Made by a program: the position numbers and the translations under genes
Shown: positions 30,101 to 38,557 of the stretch, piece after piece
Numbering within the stretch: the first letter of the stretch is position 1
Layout: the number at the start of each line of letters is the position of its first letter
Notes under the pieces: generated by a model
What the model was told of the DNA's origin: nothing
What the model saw: the letters and a program-made list of their open reading frames with translations, nothing else
Databases searched by the model: none
Assembly (NCBI GenBank): GCA_022571985.1
Contig: JACZWU010000003.1
Location: 120,860 to 184,859 of the forward strand
DNA: 64,000 bases
DNA from: Candidatus Zixiibacteriota bacterium
Lineage (GTDB): Bacteria; Zixibacteria; MSB-5A5; GN15; FEB-12
Reading direction: 5' to 3'

Positions 30101-30694
30101 TTGAAATTTTTGTCGGCTCGCCTTTATGGCGGCGGTGGAGCGCACTCTATGTTTATGAAGACCTGGGGTGCCGGGCTGGCTTATTCCAACGGCCTTAGAA
30201 GTAACGAAAACGACGGCCGTTTGATTTACTATGCCGAGCGCTGTCCTGACCTGGCTCAGACAATGCAATTTGTCATAGACCAGTTGGAAAATGCCCCCTA
30301 TGACCCGTCGCTGGCTGATTACGCCGTCTCACAGGCTTTCACCGGAATTCGATCGGGCTCGACTTATGATTCGCGCGGCGAAGCGATGGCGGCTGATCTG
30401 GCCGATGGTCTGACACCTGAAATTGTCAAACGATTCAGAAGCAGCATATTAAATTTGCGAAAAATCGAAAACCTTTATGACAAACTTCATAAGCGAATGG
30501 CTTCAACTTATGGCGAGGTTCTCCCCGGTTATGGCCCGACAACAAAAGAAGCCAATCAAAACTCCAATGCTGTCATTTTTGTGATCGGCCCGGAGAAACA
30601 GCTGACTTCTTATGAGCAATATCTAAAGAGTGTGGAAGATGACATCACGCTTCACCGCATTTACCCCAGAGATTTCTGGATAGTGGCAAATTAG
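27122..30694 (+). CDS. Exported M16 family zinc metallopeptidase (presequence protease-like)
   Basis: Inverted zinc motif HTLEH, KGTVYNEM, GG.P..I, C-terminal GLAY; signal peptide from ATG at 27122. Confidence 0.82.
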   Translation: MTKMLKVLLALFLTFVLVTPAFSQISLNDLTEDQKIASFETEAVYINQDGKRIGARFRHIPSQFVLDILRIQSLPQALMWVNTPPPTDQGEPHTLEHLLLGKGTKGRYVASLEDMSLGSSSAFTQQIRTCYHFNTSAGSETFFNLFEAKLDAMIHPNYSDEEIRREVRNMGVAVNNEDGSKYLEEKGTVYNEMVSSFERPWGNLYFNLLKNVYGDGHPLSFSAGGLPAAIRTMQPEDIRNFRERYYHLNNMGAVLSIGDEISLADCLKSLSQIFDRIEPNSKAGVDPAEFAAGLPQASPAEQGKIATVGFPHSNENEPGLLVYAWPPERDLSLNEYLLFNLFVENLASGQTSNLYKRFIDSQERLLDIGASSSFGWISDHPGQALFIGFRNVSRDATGEKMIDSVRSVIIREIEMISSFADNSPELFEFNERLRSLSINNKREIKEFLNSPPRFGYRGTGSRWFDHLQLLKNEKGFERDVSGQAAFAFVEQMLDSKENFWHKHITNWKLLSTIPFGVATHPDPELLTRSNNSRAKRIDDYVAELQAKYKSDSREAAIAIYEKEYAKNTEIIDAEAATIEMPPFVENPPLTLDDQLNYSVEKLPGGGDCVYSRFDNISSTTVGLVFDLYSVPESLLVFLPVLPTVMTQIGVIKDGQPISFDEMNQAIKRDILGLNAYFSTGNRTERVGLTVEAAGGDKTETKKALDWLSTALFSPNLGEANLPRIRDAVDLKLKSLRNRMRGSEESWVNEPMYGYWRQHNQLFLSARCFLTQAHLVHRLRWMLKSAGDPDQFIFFEKFMGLLSNELARLNREQVQTLLAALSSSDNETQPMQPLVLMLNPAPEDARQLLADAFGDLTQSLSDIPDNSLSKDLVYLCSQITADLKKAPADVLGSLNHLLEIIRHQDNVRAYIVSNEENKKIAMRKLTGIVSRLADGEAERYDYNSSPLINQRLSERTPLSSKPVCIGLVNENTRSGVHNNTSDCASYEETDRETLLKFLSARLYGGGGAHSMFMKTWGAGLAYSNGLRSNENDGRLIYYAERCPDLAQTMQFVIDQLENAPYDPSLADYAVSQAFTGIRSGSTYDSRGEAMAADLADGLTPEIVKRFRSSILNLRKIENLYDKLHKRMASTYGEVLPGYGPTTKEANQNSNAVIFVIGPEKQLTSYEQYLKSVEDDITLHRIYPRDFWIVAN

Positions 30695-30703
30695 GAGAAC
30701 TTT

Positions 30704-31381
30704 TTGGAAAATATGGAACCTACCCGACTTTCACTAACCGAACAGCTCAAACAGATGAGAGTGCGAAACCTGTCTACTGCAACTGCTGAATCAAAACGAA
30801 TCGGTCAGCAGATAATGGAGGAGCTAAATAATTTTAATATCGCCAATACCCATCTTAAAGCGGGGGACGCCGCACCTCTGTTTGAACTACCCGATGCCTA
30901 CGGCCGCATTGTAAATCTGGCGGACTTGCTCAAGCAAGGTCCGGTTGTTGTCAGTTTTTTCAGAGGCGCCTGGTGTTCTTTTTGCACGGCTGAACTCAGG
31001 TCGCTGCAACAGAACTTATATGAAATCATGCAGCTAAAATCCTCTCTGGTGGCTATTTCACCGCAGACCCTTGATAAGTCGCTCTTGACAGTTGAAAAAA
31101 ATGAACTGACGTATGAGGTGCTTTTAGATTTAGCAAATAAGACCGCCCACCAGTTTGGCATTGCTTATAAAGTTCCGGAGCTAATGAACAATATCCTGGC
31201 TGGCAGCGGCGTCAACCTCGAGGAGTATAACGGTTCCGAAAAATTTGAACTGCCGGTTCCGGCGACATATGTGGTGGATACTGCCGGCATTATAAAATAC
31301 GCCTATGTAAATCCGGACTATTCGCAGAGGGCAGACCCAATTGAAATTATTGGGGCTCTTCGCCGGTTAAGAACAAACTAA
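30704..31381 (+). CDS. AhpC/TSA peroxiredoxin-like protein
   Basis: GD.AP.FELPD, FFRGAWCSFC, VAISPQ, LPVPATYVVD, DYSQRADP. Confidence 0.9.
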   Translation: MENMEPTRLSLTEQLKQMRVRNLSTATAESKRIGQQIMEELNNFNIANTHLKAGDAAPLFELPDAYGRIVNLADLLKQGPVVVSFFRGAWCSFCTAELRSLQQNLYEIMQLKSSLVAISPQTLDKSLLTVEKNELTYEVLLDLANKTAHQFGIAYKVPELMNNILAGSGVNLEEYNGSEKFELPVPATYVVDTAGIIKYAYVNPDYSQRADPIEIIGALRRLRTN

Positions 31382-31401
31382 CTTACCCGTGTAATACTGC
31401 T

Positions 31402-32370
31402 TTACTTAATTAGTTCAGTCTCCGGGAAAAAACTCACCCAGGCAAACCAGTAGGCGGAGATAACAGGAAAAGCTTTGGCAGTCTGATCATTGATTTCTAT
31501 CTTGCCGGCCAGCCTTAATGAATCGGGCAAAGCAAAAGCAGCTACGGACATTTCGGATACATCGTATGACAAATAGATGCGCTTCGAATCATTTACTATC
31601 AGCGCAAATCCGTTTTTCTTAAGATAGCTTTCAGAAACCGCGAATTCACTGTTTTCAAAACGAATGCCGTAGATTTTATCTTTACCGGCCAGCCTTTTGA
31701 AATTATCGACTCTGCCAAAAATACCCAGCTTTTCTTTGTCGGCAAAGTAAGAGACATAACGAGCACCATCAATTTTATTGGTACTATCGGCTGGCTTTTT
31801 CAGGAGCTTCCCATGGGGGTACTGTTTTTTAAAAGCAGCAAATGTAGTGTGGCTAAAAGGGACGGTCTTGAGTTTACTGCCTTCCATTTTACCCTGAATA
31901 CATATTCCTGAAATTTGAGACCAGAGCGACTTGGTTTCTAAATCCTGCATGACCAGGGCGTCCTGCCAGAGTGATCCGGAGGCTTGAAAGGTGTAACGTT
32001 TGTTATCGATTTCGGCGGCATAAACTATGCCGGTAAAACAAAGTGGTCACCAGGTTACGGCGATGGCAGCCCCGCCTATCTGTTCGTTTACAATTTCGTG
32101 ATGATCCAGATGCCAGGTGCTGTAACCGCGGGCATCGTCACCTCTGACTACGACCAGCAGCGGTTCGTCGGCGTAGTAAGTTTTTTCCGCTTCAGTTACA
32201 GAAACGAACTGCGGCTCAAAAATTGCCGGTATACCGCCGGGTTCGAGCAGGGTGTACATGGTGTGTCCCTGAATCTCTGTTTTTTTTGGCTCAGAACGCT
32301 GCGCCAATACCGAACTGGTCAACAGCATGGCAAATAACAGCACAGATACTAATCTGTCTGGTTTAAACAT
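31402..32370 (-). CDS. DUF3179 family selenoprotein (in-frame TGA at 32049-32047 read as Sec, motif W-U-P-L-C), 322 aa
   Basis: ORFs 32047-32370 and 31402-31950 are in the same frame and joined by an open segment (PLCFTGIVYAAEIDNKRYTFQASGSLWQDALV); TGA aligns with Cys of LTYCPLT in the adjacent paralog; SECIS-like hairpin follows. Confidence 0.88.
32016..32032 (-). promoter_or_regulatory. Bacterial SECIS-like hairpin
   Basis: CGGCATA-GTT-TATGCCG, 14 nt downstream of the TGA. Confidence 0.7.
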
Positions 32371-32444
32371 TTTTAATCCCTTTCTCTATCAAATAAGGAA
32401 TGAAAACAGGTCATTTTACACAACAATAATTTTGGCAATCGTAC

Positions 32445-33569
32445 TTACGAACCGGGATTACCATCCGTAACATCCTGAGCCTCGATCGAAAATATATTGA
32501 GGTCAGGATAAAATGCGGCCAGAGCGAACCAATAGGCAATAAATGAAGTTGTGGCTGTTAACTGCTGGCCCTCTCTCGGTCCGCTGACGGCAACTCCAAA
32601 AATATCCCACTTGTTACCTTCTGTATCCTCAAGTATTATCGGCAGGGAGTTTTGAACTGCCTTAAATGTCAGCACAGAATCATCAGACAATTTGCGACTG
32701 AAGACGACAGCCAGGTTTTTGCTGCTGCTTCCGGCGGCAACCACCGGCAAACCGTTAAAATCATGAACGAAAATATTGAGGCTGTCGGCAAAGTCTGAAA
32801 TTCGATATGCTAAAGCGTTTCCATCGACAATTAAGCTCAACACACGTTCTTTGCCCGGAAGTCTGGAGTCGCTGTTTGATACCGGAAACAGCAGCCGAAA
32901 TTGATTTGTCCGGTAATCACCATAAGGATATCTGCCATAGGGACGTGAAAATCCGGTGTTGGTAGAGACGACCAATGTATTGGGATACAATTCTTTCCAG
33001 GTTTTCCAGGTCGTTTCGACAATATTAAACAATTGCGGTGTTTGCCCAATCAGCTCACCGTTGACACACTGCAATTTCATCTGTGACCAGTTGCTTTGAG
33101 TTAATCTGTCATACGGGATAAGATTAGTGTTGTACAATAATCCGGAGACGCCAAAGGTTGTTTCGGTTCCATTTATTATTCTGTTCCAGGCCACGGCGCT
33201 TCCCGTAAGCGGACAATAGGTAAGGGCAAAAGCATTTGAAGCGATTTTGTCGTTTATAATTTCATGCCAATCTAAGATAGGATGCGGATAAGCCCTGACG
33301 ACATTGCCAATTTTAATACCGACAACAAGATCATTATCTGATAGATATGAATTAGCAGGATCATCTGCCGCTATGAATACAGGCTTATCAACTGAGGGAA
33401 TGCCGTCCCGCCCGGGGCCGCCGTCAAAGACTTCGTTCACCGGAATCAACCAGGCCGAAGGATCTGAACTGGCACCTCCCAGTGATGAACTATCATCGTC
33501 ACTGCAGCCAGAAATTAAAAACAGAACTATGAAAACAAAAGCTGTTCCGAAAATGTATTGCTTTTTCAT
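32445..33569 (-). CDS. DUF3179 family lipoprotein (Cys form)
   Basis: Lipobox ISGC; GGPGRDGIPS...F, RAYP..IL.WHEI.ND, TYCPLTGS, FGVSGLLYN.NL..YDR.T.S.WSQ, YWFA..AFYP. Confidence 0.9.
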   Translation of the reverse strand: MKKQYIFGTAFVFIVLFLISGCSDDDSSSLGGASSDPSAWLIPVNEVFDGGPGRDGIPSVDKPVFIAADDPANSYLSDNDLVVGIKIGNVVRAYPHPILDWHEIINDKIASNAFALTYCPLTGSAVAWNRIINGTETTFGVSGLLYNTNLIPYDRLTQSNWSQMKLQCVNGELIGQTPQLFNIVETTWKTWKELYPNTLVVSTNTGFSRPYGRYPYGDYRTNQFRLLFPVSNSDSRLPGKERVLSLIVDGNALAYRISDFADSLNIFVHDFNGLPVVAAGSSSKNLAVVFSRKLSDDSVLTFKAVQNSLPIILEDTEGNKWDIFGVAVSGPREGQQLTATTSFIAYWFALAAFYPDLNIFSIEAQDVTDGNPGS

Positions 33570-33580
33570 CAGTTGCTCCT

Positions 33581-34561
33581 TTAGAATGGAAATTTTATGT
33601 CTTTATCCGGCGGTGAGATCGTATAGAATAGTGAAAATGAAATCGTGTAGCTGGTTGTAAGTTGGGTACCGTTCAATTTCCTGTACAGAGGCAGTTCGCC
33701 TTCGCCCCGAACTCCAAACTTTTCATAAATATTCAAGTTGAGTCCGGGCACAAAATTCAGCCATTTGCCGCCGCTATTGTTAACATCATTATTATCAAAG
33801 GCATCTGCCTTAGTTGATCTATATCGAAGTCCCAAATTGTAATTTATGGTGGTCATATGATTGAAATTAACAGCCAGTGATGTTACCAGTTCATTGCCAA
33901 ATCTGTAGCCAAGCGGACTTTGGCCGAACCTGTCATTAGTTCCGTTAAGCCGGTACGAAAAAGTTGAATATACAGTTATGGGAAATTTTGTAAACAATCC
34001 CTGCTGGGCATGTCCCCACAATACCATATCCCAGGCCCCGGTACCAAGCTGCATATCAGCAGCTAACAAAATGTTATTACTTCTTATATCCGACCGACCT
34101 ATCGGTACTTTAATACCGCCGCCAATGGATATTTGTCTGCGGTTTTGTATTGACTGAGGTAAAACGGCGTATTTTAGAAGGAGCAGACCATCTCCAATTC
34201 CGCGGGTGCGCAAAATTTCACTAATTGAAAAGTTGGATGTTGTCTGGCGCTGCTGCTCCAGCAGAGTAAAAATTGCTGAGACTGAAAAATGTTCAGTCAG
34301 ACCATAATTGATTTCAAAAAGTCCTGTTCGCACCCGGCGACTGCGAACATCATCATCTAATTTTTCGCTGCCGCTATATACATTTGTAATAGAACTGAAT
34401 TTATAAGTCAGCCCGAAATGCCAGACTCCGGTAGGTGTTGAAGGAATTTCAAGGGAGCTTAGAAGCGGCGCTCCGCCGCAGCTGCAAGCCTGAGCCCCGA
34501 CCGCCGAAGGCAGGTTAAGTAAAACTACGATTGTCAAAACCAGGGTAGAAAAAATTTTCAT
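33581..34561 (-). CDS. Outer-membrane beta-barrel transporter-family protein with N-terminal CSC motif
   Basis: Signal peptide then AQACSCGG; GIGD, K.P.G, QLGTGAWD, NSGG.W, LPLY..LNG.QL. Confidence 0.8.
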   Translation of the reverse strand: MKIFSTLVLTIVVLLNLPSAVGAQACSCGGAPLLSSLEIPSTPTGVWHFGLTYKFSSITNVYSGSEKLDDDVRSRRVRTGLFEINYGLTEHFSVSAIFTLLEQQRQTTSNFSISEILRTRGIGDGLLLLKYAVLPQSIQNRRQISIGGGIKVPIGRSDIRSNNILLAADMQLGTGAWDMVLWGHAQQGLFTKFPITVYSTFSYRLNGTNDRFGQSPLGYRFGNELVTSLAVNFNHMTTINYNLGLRYRSTKADAFDNNDVNNSGGKWLNFVPGLNLNIYEKFGVRGEGELPLYRKLNGTQLTTSYTISFSLFYTISPPDKDIKFPF

Positions 34562-34864
34562 TGACGTGACTCCGCCCCCCGGTTCACTCTCATAAAAGAT
34601 ATCAATATATTAAAACGCCTCAACTTCCATTAAGGTTCAGTTTAATCTATTCATTATGTTAGTCGCTAAATTTACCAGAGTGTTACATATGACTGCCAAA
34701 TTGTTTTTAAGGTATTGAAAGACAATGCCTTACTCTTTACAGGGGAAGCTGCTAAATCGAAATGAGTGTTGATTAATACTTTAACCTAATTCGAAAAAAC
34801 CGTTCCTGGTATGACTGTGATAGGGTTATAATCTATAAATAGAAAGGACAATGAAAGAATAACA

Positions 34865-35740
34865 TTGCTCGGAGATTGTCACTTGAAATTATTACTAAGA
34901 ATCACAACTCTTGCCGCTTTATCTTATTTCTTTATTTTTAATCTGCAGGCGCAACCACAGAGATATAATAAATACAACTGGGCGAACGATTACGACTTAA
35001 GCTCTGCCCTCATAAATCACATTCCCTTACCAACCGGATATAAAAGAACCGCCGTAGCAGCTGACAGCTATGCTGACTGGTTGAGACATCTTCCGGTAAA
35101 AGACGGACGGAAAACAGCTTATACTTACGACGGCAGACCAGCCATGTCCGAAGATGTAGTTTTTGCTGTTTTAGATATTGACATTGGCACCAAAGATTTA
35201 CAGCAATGCGCCGATGCAATAATACGCCTGCACGCCGAATATCTGTACACACTCGGTAAATACCGTGACATAAAATATAATTTTACCAGCGGCGACACCT
35301 CCCGCTACGTCAACTGGATTAAAGGTTATCGGTCACTTGTAGATGGTAACGAGGTCAGCTGGACAAAATCGGCAACGGTGGACTCAAGTTATAAATCTTT
35401 TCGGAGTTATCTTGAAGATATTTTTATGTACGCCGGAACATTCTCGTTAGAAAAAGAAATGGACAGTATTAAGTCATACGGCAGTATTCAGATCGGTGAC
35501 GCTTTAATACTTCCCGGATTCCCCGGCCACGCCGTTATGGTAGCAGACATTATTTTCAACCAAGCATCAGGAGAAAGCTCGTATCTTTTTATTCAAGGCT
35601 ATACACCGGCACAGGATATTCACGTTATCAAAAATCCTTCACGGCAGGACGGTTTACCCTGGTTCGAATTGAAAGCCAATCAAAATCTACAAATAATGCA
35701 CTGGATATTTGATGAAAAAAACATAAGGCGATTTAAATGA
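34865..35740 (+). CDS. DUF4846 family exported protein
   Basis: P.GYKR, WLR.LP, DIG.KDLQQCADA.IRL.AEY, YAGT.SL, GFPGHAV.V.D, PAQDIH; start uncertain. Confidence 0.85.
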   Translation: MLGDCHLKLLLRITTLAALSYFFIFNLQAQPQRYNKYNWANDYDLSSALINHIPLPTGYKRTAVAADSYADWLRHLPVKDGRKTAYTYDGRPAMSEDVVFAVLDIDIGTKDLQQCADAIIRLHAEYLYTLGKYRDIKYNFTSGDTSRYVNWIKGYRSLVDGNEVSWTKSATVDSSYKSFRSYLEDIFMYAGTFSLEKEMDSIKSYGSIQIGDALILPGFPGHAVMVADIIFNQASGESSYLFIQGYTPAQDIHVIKNPSRQDGLPWFELKANQNLQIMHWIFDEKNIRRFK

Positions 35741-35781
35741 CGCTACGGGCTAAACAGTTTACAGAGATTCAATTCTAAGCC

Positions 35782-36183
35782 ATGTTTTACCGAATTTTAG
35801 CAGATGCGATAATGGTCATTCATTTGGCCTGGATAATTTTTATGATCTGGGGGTTCGCGCAGACGATCAGGGGTTTTTTTCATCCGAAGTTTTTTGAGCG
35901 CTGGCTCTTTAGAACTATTCATTTATCCGGGATTCTGTTTGTGACCACGTTGGAAATATTGGGCAAATACTGCCCGCTGACTCTTTGGGAAAATACGCTG
36001 AGAAGTCATTACAATCCAGAAACCGATTACCCCGGTTCATTTATCATAAAGCAAATTGAACAAATGATTTACCCCGATGTCTCGCCGTTGGTTGTAATTA
36101 TTCCAACCATACTAATAGCAGCTTTTACTCTGGCAGTATTTGTCTTGAAACCTCCGGCAAAACTTATGACCTTGTTCAAATGA
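35782..36183 (+). CDS. DUF2784 family membrane protein
   Basis: LAD...IHL..I.F, HL, CPLT.WE..LR, SFI......IY. Confidence 0.85.
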   Translation: MFYRILADAIMVIHLAWIIFMIWGFAQTIRGFFHPKFFERWLFRTIHLSGILFVTTLEILGKYCPLTLWENTLRSHYNPETDYPGSFIIKQIEQMIYPDVSPLVVIIPTILIAAFTLAVFVLKPPAKLMTLFK

Positions 36184-36641
36184 ATAACATGAAAGACAAT
36201 ATTGACTCTCTCGACCGACACATTGCCAACTGGATGTACAAGTATGGGATGCTGGTTCTGCGCCTTTCGCTGGCTGTAGTTTTTATCTGGTTTGGAGCCT
36301 TGAAGCCATTGGGGATCAGCCCGGCCGAAGAATTGGTAAAGCGCACAGTCTACTGGTTGCCGCCAGATTTGTTTTTGCCCCTGCTTGGCTACTGGGAGGT
36401 CGCAATAGGTGTCTGTCTTTTGTATCGACCGTTCATTCGAGCGGCAATACTATTATTGTTCCTGCAGATGCCCGGAACAATGCTGCCATTAATACTTTTA
36501 CCCGACGTCTGTTTTACGTCATTTCCGTTTGGTCTTACTTTAGAAGGTCAGTATATCATTAAGAACCTGATTTTAATAAGCGCCGGACTGGTAATAGGCG
36601 GCACTGTGCGACTTAGAAACGATAAAAGTCATTTAATCTAA
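36180..36641 (+). CDS. DoxX-like membrane protein
   Basis: LRLSLAVVFIWFGALK, G..EVAIG, TLEGQYIIKNL. Confidence 0.8.
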   Translation: MNNMKDNIDSLDRHIANWMYKYGMLVLRLSLAVVFIWFGALKPLGISPAEELVKRTVYWLPPDLFLPLLGYWEVAIGVCLLYRPFIRAAILLLFLQMPGTMLPLILLPDVCFTSFPFGLTLEGQYIIKNLILISAGLVIGGTVRLRNDKSHLI

Positions 36642-36657
36642 AAATTGAGGCTAATAA

Positions 36658-37326
36658 ATGAAAGAGTATAAATTCCTGCCTTTGAGTACATACCAGGAAT
36701 ATCCTCCCGCAGAAATGAAAGCGCGCGCAAAAGGATTTTATGCCGAGATGAAACGTCGCCGCACCATCCGCGAATTTTCGACTAAACCTGTGGCCCGGGA
36801 AATAATCGAAAATTGCCTGATGACTGCCGGCACTGCCCCCAACGGCGCCAATATGCAGCCCTGGCATTTTGTAGTAGTCAGCGATGCCGAAATTAAAAGG
36901 AAAATCAGGGTCGAAGCGGAAATAGTAGAAAAAGACTTCTACGAAAATCGTGCTCCTGATTACTGGCTGGAAGCGCTAAGGCCTCTGGGCACCGACAAAG
37001 ACAAGCCGTATCTGGAAGAGGCCCCTTATTTAATAGTTATTTTTTCGCAAAGGTACACGCTTGCCGAAGACGGCAGTAAAAAACATAATTATTATCTGCC
37101 TGAATCGGTCGGCATTGCTACCGGTTTTTTGATTTCCGCCATTCACAACGCCGGACTGGCTTGTTTAACCCACACTCCCAGCCCGATGGGTTTTTTGAGA
37201 AAAGTTCTGGACCGCCCCAAATACGAAACTCCCTTTTTGGTGCTGGTAGTCGGCTATCCCAGCGAAGACGCCAAAGTGCCGGATATCAGCAAAAAAAAGT
37301 TAGAGGAAATAGCTACTTTTATCTGA
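36658..37326 (+). CDS. Nitroreductase family, iodotyrosine deiodinase-like
   Basis: [27 protein letters not shown]...KPYLE.AP.LI, YL.ESVGIA.G, LTHTP. Confidence 0.85.
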   Translation: MKEYKFLPLSTYQEYPPAEMKARAKGFYAEMKRRRTIREFSTKPVAREIIENCLMTAGTAPNGANMQPWHFVVVSDAEIKRKIRVEAEIVEKDFYENRAPDYWLEALRPLGTDKDKPYLEEAPYLIVIFSQRYTLAEDGSKKHNYYLPESVGIATGFLISAIHNAGLACLTHTPSPMGFLRKVLDRPKYETPFLVLVVGYPSEDAKVPDISKKKLEEIATFI

Positions 37327-37335
37327 ACATTTAAA

Positions 37336-38502
37336 TTAGTAGCGAAAAATTGCTGCCACAGATTTTTTGTCGGGCATTTTATCGCGCGACAAAGGATAGA
37401 CCACGCCGTGGTTTATCAAAGTGTGGACAGCGGCGAAATCCAGCAGGTCTTCGTCGCCGGCATCATGCTGGTCGTGTGCTTCGACCTGATTTGAGTACTT
37501 ATAGTACTTACCCCACCTCTGTTCGTTTATTGCTACAAAAAGCGTGTCTATTCTTTTGTTATTTGCGGCCGGAATTATTTGTTCCAGTTCGGTAACTGCC
37601 TGAACGCTGCCTAAGCTATACAACGTTTCAAATTTCTGAACCGCTGTTTTTTGCGACTTTTCAAAAATCGGCGAAGCTATTTTCCAAGCCTTGTCATGCA
37701 GCTCCGAAGCCGGCAGATAGTCCGGGTTACCGACGATACCCTCACTTACAAGCTGTGCATAGCGGCTGGCTTCACGGTAAATTGGTAAAAGATAATCCAC
37801 GCCGGCGATAACCAGCGGAGAGTTTTTACTTTTAAGAAATTCGCAGACGCCCTTGTCTACCTGTTGAAAATATCTCAAGAGTCTGTCTTTTTCATCGGGG
37901 TCACCGGCACCGGTTCCAAAATACTGGGCGTCCCGTTTACCGCCATGCCTGGGAGCGCCGGTGTGGTATTGAAGTTCTTTTTGGGGAAAATCATATTTTA
38001 AGGCTTCTGCCAGACTGCCGGGCACGCCATCAATATTAATTTCACTGGCACTATATTTTGTGCCTTGAAGCAAGCGGACTTTATTTTTGCTGAAAGCCAG
38101 CAGGTAAAACAAGCCGTCTTCGCTGAACATTGGCAACAGAGGTTTTATATGAAACCGTCCGGAAACAAGTGCCAGTTCCTTGAAATTGAGAGGTAAACGG
38201 TAATGAAAAAATTCATTTTCAGATCTAAACAGCGCCAGCCCCTGGCTTTGATTTCTCCAGAACAATGTTTCGTCTACATATGTTTTTAAGGGTGATAAAA
38301 GATGTTTGACTTGTGACGGGCGCAAGTCTGTTCTGTTCAGCTTTTCAGATACGATACGAAAAAGATTTTTGTAGCGAATTTGGTTTTGTCCGACTTCGCT
38401 GCCCGACACAAATGTCGGCAAATAAATCGAAATACAGTAACTCTCCTGAGTTTCCATTAAAGCACTGAGATCTCGTGTTGTCAAAAGGTCCATAACTTGC
38501 AT
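37336..38502 (-). CDS. Bacterial archaeo-eukaryotic release factor family (baeRF3/7-like) protein
   Basis: CISIYLPT, GLALF, F.IKPLL, YF.QVD, PLVIAG, G.VY......MP......AIFRY. Confidence 0.8.
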   Translation of the reverse strand: MQVMDLLTTRDLSALMETQESYCISIYLPTFVSGSEVGQNQIRYKNLFRIVSEKLNRTDLRPSQVKHLLSPLKTYVDETLFWRNQSQGLALFRSENEFFHYRLPLNFKELALVSGRFHIKPLLPMFSEDGLFYLLAFSKNKVRLLQGTKYSASEINIDGVPGSLAEALKYDFPQKELQYHTGAPRHGGKRDAQYFGTGAGDPDEKDRLLRYFQQVDKGVCEFLKSKNSPLVIAGVDYLLPIYREASRYAQLVSEGIVGNPDYLPASELHDKAWKIASPIFEKSQKTAVQKFETLYSLGSVQAVTELEQIIPAANNKRIDTLFVAINEQRWGKYYKYSNQVEAHDQHDAGDEDLLDFAAVHTLINHGVVYPLSRDKMPDKKSVAAIFRY

Positions 38503-38557
38503 GTCTGTTTAAGACAAAACAATCTACTCTAACATCTAATAGGCTTTGTCTCCCTTT

